Assembly (NCBI GenBank): GCA_963726615.1
Contig: CAVSCX010000006.1
Span: forward strand, 1,241 to 65,240
Origin: an uncultured Actinomycetota bacterium
GTDB lineage: Bacteria; Actinomycetota; Actinomycetes; JACCUZ01
DNA: 64,000 nt
Reading direction: 5' to 3'
Shown: positions 36,805 through 45,698 of the stretch, piece after piece
Layout of the letters: each line of letters begins with the position of its first letter
Position numbering within the stretch: the first letter of the stretch is position 1
Position numbers and translations under genes: made by a program
Notes under the pieces: generated by a model
The model's input: the letters and a program-made list of their open reading frames with translations, nothing else
The model's database searches: none
Told to the model about the DNA's origin: nothing

Positions 36805-38645
36805 CGGCTCCCGTCCGGATGTCCAACGTGGACGCCGCCTGGCTCGGCATGGACTCGCCCGAGAACCTCATGATGGTCACGGGCGTCCTCCGCCTGGACG
36901 AGGAGCTCGACCAGGCCCGGCTCGTCGAGGTGATCAACCACCGGCTGCTTGCCGCGTTCCCGAAGTTCTCGATGCGGCCGCTGCCTTCCGGCAGCCCCTT
37001 CGAGCAGCCCGTCTGGGTCGACGACCCGGGGTTCGACCTGGGCCGGCACGTCCTCGTCGCGGGCCGGGTCGAGGGCGACGCCGGGCTGGCGCATCTCGTC
37101 AGCGGACTCCTCGGGCGACCCCTGGACATGCGGCACTCGCCGTGGCAGTTCCACCTTGTGACGGTCCCCGCCACCGACGGCGGTGTGCCGACCTCCGCCG
37201 TCGTGGCCCGGCTGCACCACTGCATCGCGGACGGCATCGCGCTGGCCAGCGTCCTGCTGTCCCTCACCGACGACGACCCGGACATCCCTCCCCACGTCGT
37301 CAACGAGCCGGCCCCGGGTGATCCGCGCCGCCCCGGGATCCGGTCCCGGCTCGTCGAGGGGTCCCGCGACCTGCAGCCGGTGGCGGGGGTCGACCCGCTG
37401 TCCCCGCGCTCGCTGCACCAGGCGGCTGCGGCGCTGCGCTTCGGCTGGCGGGTGCTGAGCACCGGGGTCGGCCTGCTGCTGGCCAACCGGGACCCACGGA
37501 CCAGGTTGTCCGGCCGTTTGGGGACCGCGAAGGTCGCGGCCTGGTCGCGACCACTCGAGCTGTCGGTGACCAAGCGGGTCGCGGCCGCGCTGGGGGTCAC
37601 CGTCAACGACGTCCTGCTCGGTGTCACTGCCGGTGCGCTGCGCAGGCACCTCACCGGGCTCGGTGAGGCCGCTCACGACCTGCGGGTGTTCGTGCCCGTG
37701 GACCTGCGCCGAGGCGAGCCCGTCCACTCCTCGTTGGGCAACAAGTTCGGCATCGTCTTCGTCAAGCTGCCGGTGTCGGTGCCCGACCCGGTGGAACGCG
37801 TCCGCCGCGTGCACGAGCGGATGAGCCGGCGGAAGGCTGGTGCCCAGGCCGCGTCGACCTTCGCGATCCTGGCCGTCGTCGGCGCTCTGCCGGCGTGGGC
37901 GCACCGGCTGGCGGTGCGCGTCCTCGGGGCGAAGTCCTCGGCGATCGTCACCAACGTGCCGGGCCCGGTCCGGCCGGTCTACCTTGCCGGTTCGCGGGTC
38001 ACCCGGCTGTCCTTCTGGGTCCCCCAGGCCGGGTCGGTGGGGCTGGGCGTGAGCATCCTCAGCTACGCCGGCGAGGTCACCATCGGTGTCGCGGCGGACC
38101 GCAACCTGGTCCCCGCACCGGACGAGCTGGTCCGCGCTGCCGAGGACGAGCTCGCCGAGCTCGCCGCCCGGGTGCTCGGCGTCGACGACGCCGCCGTGGA
38201 GCTGGAGGTGGTGCCGTTCGACTCCGGCCTGGCCACGGTCCTCGTCGCCGAGGTCCAGGACGAGTACGTGCGCCGCTACGGCGGTCACGACGAGACGCCG
38301 GTGGAACCGGCCGAGTTCACCGCGCCGTACGGCGCATTCATGGTTGCCCGGGTCGGCACGACGGCGGTCGGCTGCGCCGGCCTCCGCCGCCACGGCGACG
38401 GCGTCGTCGAGGTGAAGCGGATGTTCGTCCGGCCGGAGTACCGGCGGCGCGGGCACGCCCGTCGGCTGCTCGCGGCACTCGAGGAGCTCGCCCGGGCGCA
38501 GGGCGACCGGCGCGTGGTGCTCGAGACCGGGCTGGCGCAGCCGGAGGCGATCGCGCTGTACAGAACTGCCGGCTACACACCGATCGACGGCTTCGGGCAC
38601 TACCAGGACTCGCCCCTGTCGCGCTCGTTCGCACGCGACCTCTGA
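36801..38645 (+). CDS. WS/DGAT O-acyltransferase fused to a C-terminal GNAT acetyltransferase
   Basis: HHCIADG, TVNDV, LGN, TNVPGP; then EVKRMFVRPEYRRRG, LETG..QPEAIALY, all in one frame. Confidence 0.88.
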   Translation: MTAPVRMSNVDAAWLGMDSPENLMMVTGVLRLDEELDQARLVEVINHRLLAAFPKFSMRPLPSGSPFEQPVWVDDPGFDLGRHVLVAGRVEGDAGLAHLVSGLLGRPLDMRHSPWQFHLVTVPATDGGVPTSAVVARLHHCIADGIALASVLLSLTDDDPDIPPHVVNEPAPGDPRRPGIRSRLVEGSRDLQPVAGVDPLSPRSLHQAAAALRFGWRVLSTGVGLLLANRDPRTRLSGRLGTAKVAAWSRPLELSVTKRVAAALGVTVNDVLLGVTAGALRRHLTGLGEAAHDLRVFVPVDLRRGEPVHSSLGNKFGIVFVKLPVSVPDPVERVRRVHERMSRRKAGAQAASTFAILAVVGALPAWAHRLAVRVLGAKSSAIVTNVPGPVRPVYLAGSRVTRLSFWVPQAGSVGLGVSILSYAGEVTIGVAADRNLVPAPDELVRAAEDELAELAARVLGVDDAAVELEVVPFDSGLATVLVAEVQDEYVRRYGGHDETPVEPAEFTAPYGAFMVARVGTTAVGCAGLRRHGDGVVEVKRMFVRPEYRRRGHARRLLAALEELARAQGDRRVVLETGLAQPEAIALYRTAGYTPIDGFGHYQDSPLSRSFARDL

Positions 38646-38728
38646 TCCGCGTCGTCCGTCGACCGGACCCCGGCCGGCGCACGACCGGCTCGACCTGTGA
38701 GACGAAGGGACGATCCGGCTCCGAACCG

Positions 38729-38757
38729 CTCAGGAGTCCGTGGGGCCCGGCCGATGA
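38729..38757 (+). promoter_or_regulatory. FliA/WhiG-type promoter candidate CTCA-N17-GCCGATGA
   Basis: Resembles the sigma28-family -10 GCCGAT; upstream of the DUF5999-like gene. Confidence 0.5.
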
Positions 38758-38845
38758 GGTGAGCACGGACGGCCGGTCTCAGCTGGCAGCACCAGCGAGG
38801 TTCCCGGGGACCCGGCCCCCCGGCGCTCACCAGCAGGAGGTCCGC

Positions 38846-39037
38846 ATGTGCCAGCACCAGCCGATGTGTCCGCCGGCCGACAGCCCGGCGCGCCAGCTCG
38901 CGCACACAGTCGTGGCCCACCCCGAGCAGGGCTGGAGCCTGCTGTGTAACGGCGTCGTGGTGTTCGACGACCTCGGAGAGCTGCTCCCGACTGCTCCGGC
39001 CCGTCCGCCCGCACCGATCGCGACCCGGGCCGCCTGA
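38846..39037 (+). CDS. DUF5999-like small protein
   Basis: MCQHQP.CP..D...HPEQGWSLLCNGVVVFDD; AGGAGG RBS. Confidence 0.85.
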   Translation: MCQHQPMCPPADSPARQLAHTVVAHPEQGWSLLCNGVVVFDDLGELLPTAPARPPAPIATRAA

Positions 39038-39050
39038 GGAGGTGGACGTC

Positions 39051-39143
39051 GTGAAGCAGGTGAAGGTGAGCAAGACGACGACGCCGCAGCGCCCGGTCGA
39101 GCTCGACCTGCGTTCGCCGTCCGGTCGCTCGCTCCCGTTCTGA
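39051..39143 (+). CDS. 30-aa small protein (VKQVKVSKTTTPQRPVELDLRSPSGRSLPF)
   Basis: GAGGAGG RBS directly after the DUF5999 stop; GC3-rich codons. Confidence 0.6.
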   Translation: MKQVKVSKTTTPQRPVELDLRSPSGRSLPF

Positions 39144-39168
39144 GCGGTCGGCTCAGAAGGCCAGCGGC

Positions 39169-41037
39169 TCAGCCGAGCCGATCGTCGACGTAGCACCACC
39201 GCCACGCCTCACCCGTCTCGAAGCTGCGCATCACCGGGTGCTGGGTCTCGGTGAAGTGCCGGTCGGCGTGCCTCTCCGGCGACGAGTCGCAGCACCCGAC
39301 GTGCCCGCAGGACAGGCACAGCCGGAGGTGCACCCAACGGGTGCCGTCGCGCAGGCACTCCTCGCAGCCCTCCGGGGTCGACGGCTTGATGGCCGGTGGA
39401 GCCGCCTGCAGGTGCTCGCAGTCCTCGGCGCGGTCGATGCGGGCGACCAGCTCTTGCTCGACGGCAAAACCCTTGTCCTCGAGCCGGTCCAGCAACGACT
39501 CCTCGGCGTCGAGCAGGGTGAGCACGTCGCGCAGCACCTCGTCGTCGACCTTGCCCGAGGCGCGTGCCTCGAGCACGACCCGACGCTCGGCGTCCAGCAT
39601 CTCCTGGCGCAGCCGGCGGTACAGCTCGCTGGGGGTCTCGTCGTCGCTCGGGGCACCGAGCCGCTCCCACGCCGCGTCGGCCCGGCTGCGGGCCCGCTCT
39701 TCGAGTCGACCGATCACCGTCGGGTCGAACCCGTCCTCCCTGAGCTCCTCCAGCCGGTCGAGTCCGGCACGCGTCGCCCGGGACAGCAGGGCCGCCTCCT
39801 CGAGCGCGTCCTCGGCCGGGTCAGGTCCCGGCAGGCCGATCGCGCGGACCAGCACCGGAAGGGTGCCGCCGTTGACGAGGAGCGTGCCCCCCACCACAGC
39901 GAAGGCCGCGAGGATGAGGACGTCCCGGTGCGGCGTCTCGGCGGGCAGGACGAAGGCGGCCGCCAGCGTGACGACGCCGCGCATCCCGGCCCAGGACACC
40001 AGGGCAGCATGGCTCCAGGTCCACGCGTTCTGCCGCATCGTCGAGGTGCCGAACTTGTACGCCGCGGTGGCGGCATACACCCAGACGACCCGCGTCAGCA
40101 CGGTCGCGACGACGACGGCCCCGCAGACCACCGCGATCGTCGTGTACCCGAGGTCGTCCCGGCCGGCCCGCTGGACGATCTTGGCGACCTGGAGCCCGAT
40201 GAGCAGGAAGACCGCGTTCTCCAGGACGAACGTGATCGTGCGCCAGTTGGTCTGCTCCGCCAGCCTCGACGACGCCGATTGCAGGACCGGGGACTTGTGG
40301 CCGAGCAGCAGTCCGACGATGACGACGGACAGGACGCCGCTCGCGTGGACCGCCTCGGCAGCCAGGTAGGTGAGGAACGGCGCCACGAGGGAGAGGGTCG
40401 TGTCGAGCACCGGGTCCACGACCCGCTTGCGAGCGGCGGCCAGGACGGCGGCCAGCACCAGGCCGACGGCTATCCCGCCGCCGGCGGCGAGCGCGAACGA
40501 CGTGCCGACGTCGACGACCGTGACTGTCGTCGCGATCGCCGCAGCGGACGTGCTCAGCGCCACCAGCGCGGTCGCGTCGTTGAGCAGGCTCTCGCCCTCC
40601 AGGATCGACACGGTCCGGCGGGGCATGCCCACCCGCCGCGCGATCGCGGTGGCCGCGACCGCGTCCGGCGGCGACACCACGGCCCCGAGTGCCAGGCCGG
40701 CAGCCAGGGTCATGCCCGGGACGACCCACCAGGTGACGAGGCCCACCCCGACGGTCGTGAACGCGATCGCGCCGACCGCGAGGATCCCGATGGCCTGCCG
40801 GTTGGCCCGGACGTCGACCAGCGACGTGCGCAGGGCAGCGGAGTAGAGCAGCGGCGGGAGGAAGCCGATGAGCACCAGCTCCGGCTCGATGCGGTACTCC
40901 GGCACGCCGGGCACGAAGGAGGCCAGCAGCCCCACGACCACCAGCGACAGTGGGGCGGACAGGCCGAGACGCCGCGCCGCGGCGGCGACAACTGCCACCG
41001 TGACGACGAACGCCAGGATCTGGAGTGCCTCACTCAC
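39169..41037 (-). CDS. CPA1 Na+/H+ antiporter with C-terminal UBP-type zinc finger
   Basis: SPPDAVA, EGESLLNDA, WAGMRGVVTLAAA; CEEC...HLRLCLSCGHVGCCD...H..RH. Confidence 0.92.
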   Translation of the reverse strand: MSEALQILAFVVTVAVVAAAARRLGLSAPLSLVVVGLLASFVPGVPEYRIEPELVLIGFLPPLLYSAALRTSLVDVRANRQAIGILAVGAIAFTTVGVGLVTWWVVPGMTLAAGLALGAVVSPPDAVAATAIARRVGMPRRTVSILEGESLLNDATALVALSTSAAAIATTVTVVDVGTSFALAAGGGIAVGLVLAAVLAAARKRVVDPVLDTTLSLVAPFLTYLAAEAVHASGVLSVVIVGLLLGHKSPVLQSASSRLAEQTNWRTITFVLENAVFLLIGLQVAKIVQRAGRDDLGYTTIAVVCGAVVVATVLTRVVWVYAATAAYKFGTSTMRQNAWTWSHAALVSWAGMRGVVTLAAAFVLPAETPHRDVLILAAFAVVGGTLLVNGGTLPVLVRAIGLPGPDPAEDALEEAALLSRATRAGLDRLEELREDGFDPTVIGRLEERARSRADAAWERLGAPSDDETPSELYRRLRQEMLDAERRVVLEARASGKVDDEVLRDVLTLLDAEESLLDRLEDKGFAVEQELVARIDRAEDCEHLQAAPPAIKPSTPEGCEECLRDGTRWVHLRLCLSCGHVGCCDSSPERHADRHFTETQHPVMRSFETGEAWRWCYVDDRLG

Positions 41038-41046
41038 GGCTGGTCA

Positions 41047-41073
41047 CAGCGTCGGCTGCCCGACAGGGATTCC
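41047..41073 (-). promoter_or_regulatory. SigR-type promoter GGAAT-N18-GCTG
   Basis: Shares GGGAATCCCTGTC with the sigR promoter; 9 nt before the GTG start. Confidence 0.55.
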
Positions 41074-41091
41074 CCGGCCGTCGTGGTCGCC

Positions 41092-41796
41092 TCAGCGGTA
41101 CTCCGGGTTGGGGTGGTCGAACCGCGCCCCCGCGTCCCACTCGGTCCGCTGGTTGCCCCAGGCGGGCACACCGCCGGCGTCCTTGAGCAGCCGGGCCAGG
41201 TGCAGCAGGTTCCAGGACATGAACGTCGTGTTGCGCCGGGTGAACTCGTTCTGCGGGCCGCCGGAGTCCTCGTCGAGGTAGCTGGGTCCCGGGCCGGCCT
41301 CCCCGATCCAGCCGGCGTCCGCCTGCGGAGGGATCGTGCACCCGAGATGCTGCAGCGAGTAGAGGACGTTCATCGCCACGTGCTTGATGCCGTCCTCGTT
41401 GCCGGTGACGATGACGCCGCCGACCTTTCCGTAGTAGGCGTACTGCCCGGCGTCGTTGAGCTCCGCGCTGTTGCCGTAGAGGCGTTCGACCACCCGGGTG
41501 CAGACGCTGCTCTTGTCGCCGAGCCAGATCGGCGTGCAGATGACGAGGATGTCGGCGGCCTTGACCGTCCGGTAGATCTCCGGCCAGTCGTCCCGGTCGA
41601 AGCCGTGCTCGCGCATGTCCGGCTGCACGCCCGGGGGCAGCTCGTGGTCCACCGCCCGCACCTCGTCGACGTGCACGCCCTGCGCCCGCATGACAGCGAT
41701 GCTGTTGGCAGCGAGCCCGGCGGTGTGCGACGGCTCGGGGCTCGGCTTGAGGGTGCAGTTGAGGAACAGCGCCCGCAGGTCGCCGTAGGTCGTCAC
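41092..41796 (-). CDS. Flavodoxin-like NADPH-dependent FMN reductase family protein
   Basis: NCTLK, TPIWLG, TGNEDG. Confidence 0.88.
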   Translation of the reverse strand: MTTYGDLRALFLNCTLKPSPEPSHTAGLAANSIAVMRAQGVHVDEVRAVDHELPPGVQPDMREHGFDRDDWPEIYRTVKAADILVICTPIWLGDKSSVCTRVVERLYGNSAELNDAGQYAYYGKVGGVIVTGNEDGIKHVAMNVLYSLQHLGCTIPPQADAGWIGEAGPGPSYLDEDSGGPQNEFTRRNTTFMSWNLLHLARLLKDAGGVPAWGNQRTEWDAGARFDHPNPEYR

Positions 41797-41833
41797 GGTC
41801 GGGTGCCGTCCAGGTGCTGTCGTCGCGCGGGGG

Positions 41834-42769
41834 TCATGCCGAACGCCGAGTCGCAGTCTTCTTGGCGGCCTTCTTGGCGGCCTTCTTCGCAGGTGCCTTC
41901 TTCGCGGCCTTCTTGGACGACTTCTCCGCGGCGGCGGCCTTCTTGTCGGCCTTCTTCGCCGGCTTGTCCTCGGCCGCGGCCGAGCCGCTCGCGCGGCGTT
42001 CCTTCGCCTCGGCGACGCTGCGTCGCAACGCCTCCATCAGGTCGACGACCTGTCCGGTGGAGGCCGGCTCCTCGGCCGGTGCCACGACCTCACGGCCGGC
42101 CACCTTGGCGTCGATGACCTCCTCGAGGGCGCCGCGGTACTCGTCGGTGAACTCCTCCGGCTCGAAGTCGCCGGACAGCGCATTGATGTAGGACTCCGCC
42201 ATCGCGAGCTCCTGCTCACGAACCTTGACGTCGTCGTCGACGAAGTCGAGCTTGGGCTCTCGCACCTCGTCCGGCCACAGCAGCGTCTGCAGCACGAGCA
42301 CGCCGTCACGGGCGCGCAGCATGGCGAGCCGCTCCCGCTGGCGAAGGGCGACCTTCACCACCGCGACCCGGTCCGACTTCTCCAGCGAGTCGCGCAGCAG
42401 GACGTAGGGCTTCACGTCGCCGGTCGGGTCGCAGTAGTACGGCTTGCTCATCTGCACGGCGTCGATCTGCTCCGCCGGGACGAAGCTGAGCACCTCGACA
42501 GATCGGGACGAGGAGATCGGCAGGTTGGCGAAGTCGTCGTCGTCGAGAACCACCATCTCGCCGTCCGGCAGCTCGTACCCCTTGGCGATGTCGGCATAGG
42601 CCACCTCCTCGCCGTCCACCGAGCAGACCCGCTTGTAGCGGATCCGGCCGCCGTCCTCGCGGTGCACCTGCCGGAAGGAGATGTCCTTCTCCTCGGTGGC
42701 GCTGTACAGGCGGACCGGGATCGAGACCAGCCCGAAGGAGATCGCGCCCTTCCAGATGCTCTGCGGCAT
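41834..42769 (-). CDS. ku: Non-homologous end-joining protein Ku
   Basis: IWKGAISFGLVSIPV, VVDLMEALRRSV, basic AKK tail. Confidence 0.95.
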   Translation of the reverse strand: MPQSIWKGAISFGLVSIPVRLYSATEEKDISFRQVHREDGGRIRYKRVCSVDGEEVAYADIAKGYELPDGEMVVLDDDDFANLPISSSRSVEVLSFVPAEQIDAVQMSKPYYCDPTGDVKPYVLLRDSLEKSDRVAVVKVALRQRERLAMLRARDGVLVLQTLLWPDEVREPKLDFVDDDVKVREQELAMAESYINALSGDFEPEEFTDEYRGALEEVIDAKVAGREVVAPAEEPASTGQVVDLMEALRRSVAEAKERRASGSAAAEDKPAKKADKKAAAAEKSSKKAAKKAPAKKAAKKAAKKTATRRSA

Positions 42770-42900
42770 GCGCCCATGATCGTGCCCCGGGGCCGGACGC
42801 GCCAGCGCGGACCGGTCGCCGGGGCTCTTTGTCGACAAATTCAGGTCGGTGGCGGCGCGTCCTGCCGGGTTGTGTCCAGGGCCCGTGGCACCGTCGAGGC

Positions 42901-43113
42901 ATGACCACGAGCGCAGTCGTCCTGAGGTGGTGCGCCACCTGCCTCGCCGAGACCATGTTCGAGCAGCCCGAGTGCCGGGACCACCACGAGGCCGAGTGCC
43001 CGGAGTGGGTCTGCGTCGGCTGCGGGGACGCCTTGCTGCTCGGATTCGCCCCGCCCGAGCGTGACCGTCGGCACCGGCGCGCAGCCCGGCGCCAGGGGCA
43101 CCGGGTCGCCTGA
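42901..43113 (+). CDS. Small Cys/His-rich zinc-ribbon-like protein
   Basis: CATC...FEQP.C.DHH...CPEWVCVGC. Confidence 0.75.
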   Translation: MTTSAVVLRWCATCLAETMFEQPECRDHHEAECPEWVCVGCGDALLLGFAPPERDRRHRRAARRQGHRVA

Positions 43114-43134
43114 CGCACCCGTGAGCAGCACACA

Positions 43135-43695
43135 GTGACCGGCAGGGAGTCGGACCAGGAGCCGCCGCGCTACGTCCGCATCGGCAACGCGTTGCTGGCC
43201 ATCACGGAGGACGTGGTCTACGTCGGCATCGCGGTCGTCCTGGCGGTGTCCGCACTGGCCCTGCTGGTCGACGCCGCCCACGGGATGACCGATCTGGGCG
43301 GGGACGTGGCCACCACCGAGGTGGTGCTCGACGTCCTCGACTCGCTCCTGCTCGTCTTCATCGTCGTCGAGCTGCTCTTCGCCGTCCGGGTGATCCTCGG
43401 CAAGCGGGAGGTCGTCGCCGAGCCCTTCCTCGTCGTCGGCATCATCGCCTCGATCAAGGAGATCATCGTCCTCTCCGTCGAGGCCGCGGACCTCGTGGGC
43501 AAGGGCGAGAAGTTCACCCACGCCATCGTCGAGGTCGGGGTCCTGGGCGCGCTGGTGCTGGTGCTCGCCGTCGCTGCGATCCTGCTCCGGGCCAAGGAGC
43601 GTCAGCCGGAGGAGGGCGACGAGACCTCCCGGTCGGAGAGCCGCAAGGACGGCGACGCGCTGAAGGTCGGTCAGGGCGACCCGCGCGACGCCTGA
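43135..43695 (+). CDS. PsiE-family membrane protein
   Basis: LLVFIVVELL, EPFLVVGIIASIKEI. Confidence 0.8.
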   Translation: MTGRESDQEPPRYVRIGNALLAITEDVVYVGIAVVLAVSALALLVDAAHGMTDLGGDVATTEVVLDVLDSLLLVFIVVELLFAVRVILGKREVVAEPFLVVGIIASIKEIIVLSVEAADLVGKGEKFTHAIVEVGVLGALVLVLAVAAILLRAKERQPEEGDETSRSESRKDGDALKVGQGDPRDA

Positions 43696-43729
43696 CCCCC
43701 GGCCGTTCACCCCGGGGCCGGGCGCAGGG

Positions 43730-44128
43730 TCAGCCGACGAGCTCGCCGTCGGTGCGCTCGTCGGCCCAGCAGCGGACGATGTCGCGCACCGAGAGGATGC
43801 CGGCCACCTCGCCCTGGTCCAGGACCACGAGGTGCCGGAAGCCGCCGTGCATCATCGCCTCGGCCGCCTGCTCGAGGCTCCAGGTGGGGGCGGCGTAGAC
43901 CAGGTCGCCGGTGAGGTGGTGCCGCACGTGCTCGGTGTCCGGGTCCTGCCCCGCGCCGACCGAGGCCAGCACGTCGCGCTCGGTGAGGATGCCGATGCCT
44001 GCGCCGTCCGGGTCGTGCACGACCGCAGCGCCGACGTGCCGGCGGGACATCGCCCGGCTGGCCTCGCGCAGCGTGTGGTCGGGGCCGATGGTGAGCACCT
44101 CGGGGCTCATGCCCTCGCGGACCTGCAT
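43730..44128 (-). CDS. CBS domain protein
   Basis: Tandem CBS; GILTERD, FRHLVV. Confidence 0.92.
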   Translation of the reverse strand: MQVREGMSPEVLTIGPDHTLREASRAMSRRHVGAAVVHDPDGAGIGILTERDVLASVGAGQDPDTEHVRHHLTGDLVYAAPTWSLEQAAEAMMHGGFRHLVVLDQGEVAGILSVRDIVRCWADERTDGELVG

Positions 44129-44228
44129 GGTCGGGACCTCCTCGGACGGACGTCGGACCTACCCATCCTGTCGTGGCCGGCGCCGGCAGGGAAGGGAAAC
44201 GTGCTGGGCGGGCCGTATCCTCGGCCCG

Positions 44229-45050
44229 GTGGCGAGCGAGACGGTGACCGTGCCGGCAGGTGCCGTCGGAACAGGTGCCGTCGGAACAGGTGCCGTCGGA
44301 ACAGGTGCCGATGCCAGACCGGCGGCCGGACGGCTCGGCGCCAGCCTGGACCCGCCGGTGGTGCTCACCCTGGTGTGGGTGCCGCTCGTACTGCTGCTCG
44401 ACGTCGGCGCGGGCATCTGGCTGCAGCGCGCGCTCGGTGCCGGCACCTGGCTTCTGCTGCTCGCTCTGCTGCGCCGCGAGTCACCGCTGGTCCGGGCCCA
44501 GGTCGCGGTGGTCGTGGTGTTCGCGACCGCGGTGGAGTACACGTTCTCGCCGCTGCTGGAGGTGTACGTCTACCGGCTCGACAACGTCCCGTCGTTCGTG
44601 CCGCCGGGGCACGGCCTCGTCTACCTCTGCGCGCTGGCCATCGGCCGGGCCGACTGGGTGCACCGCAGGTCCGGAGCCCTGGTGGTGGCGACCGTCGCCG
44701 CCGGCGGTGCCTACGCCGCGTGGGGGCTGATGCTGTCCGGCCGGCCCGATGCCCTCGGTGCCTTCTGGTACCTCTGCCTGCTCGGCTTCCTTGCCTGGGG
44801 CCGGTCCCGGACGCTGTACGTCGGTGCCTTCCTCGTCGTCACCTACCTCGAGCTGCTCGGTACCTGGCTGGGCACCTGGTCCTGGTCCACCCTCGACCCG
44901 ACCGGTCTGGTGACGATCGGGAACCCACCCTCCGGGGCCGCCGGCGGGTACGGCTGGTTCGACCTGGCCGCGGTACTGGCCGGGCCCATGGTCCTCGCCG
45001 CGGCACGCCGCCTCCACCGCCACCGATCGGCGGAGATCCACAGCTCCTGA
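44229..45050 (+). CDS. Integral membrane hypothetical protein
   Basis: Multi-TM; YRLDNVPSFVPPGHG, GNPPSG; TATCCT -10 before a leaderless GTG. Confidence 0.8.
   Translation: MASETVTVPAGAVGTGAVGTGAVGTGADARPAAGRLGASLDPPVVLTLVWVPLVLLLDVGAGIWLQRALGAGTWLLLLALLRRESPLVRAQVAVVVVFATAVEYTFSPLLEVYVYRLDNVPSFVPPGHGLVYLCALAIGRADWVHRRSGALVVATVAAGGAYAAWGLMLSGRPDALGAFWYLCLLGFLAWGRSRTLYVGAFLVVTYLELLGTWLGTWSWSTLDPTGLVTIGNPPSGAAGGYGWFDLAAVLAGPMVLAAARRLHRHRSAEIHSS
44257..44310 (+). repeat. 15-bp tandem repeat CAGGTGCCGTCGGAA x3.6 (in-frame VNTR)
   Basis: Three exact units plus a partial one; encodes GAVGT. Confidence 0.9.
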
Positions 45051-45167
45051 GCTGCCGCGGCACGCCGGTGCTGGCGGGCGTGTCGTGAGCGAAGGGGACC
45101 GGCGGCCGGGGTCGACTCCCCAACAACTGCTTGACGGTTGCCCGGGCGGTCCGACAGACTCCCCAAC

Positions 45168-45698
45168 ATGTCTTCGGGGGTCACCGACGCGGACCGGGTC
45201 GTCTCGTTGCGAGCGCTGGCGCACCCGGTGCGGCTGCAGATCCTGTCGCTGCTGACGGGGGCGGCGATGTCCGCCGCCGAGATCGGCCGCGAGCTCGGGA
45301 TCACGCACGCGAACGCCAGCTATCACCTGCGGCAGCTGATCGCCGCCGGGCAGCTGGTCGAGGCGGGTGAGGAGACGATCCGGGGCGGCCGGGCGAGGCG
45401 CTACCGGTACGACGTCGCCGCTCCGGGCGCCTCGGCGCACGACGCTGACGAGCGCAGCGCGTTCTTCCGGGTGCTGGCCGACGAGCTGGTCCGGCGTGCC
45501 ACGACGGCCGACCCGGCCGGCAGGGGGCACAGCACCGACGCCGAGCTCTGGGTGTCTCCGGAGGCGTGGGCCGCGGCACTCGAGCTGGTGCGGAAGGCCA
45601 GCACGGACCTGCATGCGGTCGCGCAGCCGCCCCGGTCCGCGGGCACCGTGCACGTCAGCCTGACACTCGGTCTGTTCCAGATGCAGGCCGGCTCGTGA
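45168..45698 (+). CDS. ArsR-like HTH regulator
   Basis: LRALAHPVRLQILSLL...ASYHLRQL; TTGACG/CAGACT leaderless promoter. Confidence 0.88.
   Translation: MSSGVTDADRVVSLRALAHPVRLQILSLLTGAAMSAAEIGRELGITHANASYHLRQLIAAGQLVEAGEETIRGGRARRYRYDVAAPGASAHDADERSAFFRVLADELVRRATTADPAGRGHSTDAELWVSPEAWAAALELVRKASTDLHAVAQPPRSAGTVHVSLTLGLFQMQAGS

Noticed and set aside
41850-41960. GGCCTTCTT repeats in ku, and 9-bp DPA repeats at the rsgA 3' end
   Set aside because: Ordinary low-complexity protein tails.
44257-44310. Short repeats as a possible CRISPR array (also 57051-57140)
   Set aside because: Head-to-tail 15-mers with no spacers, in frame within genes, and no cas genes.
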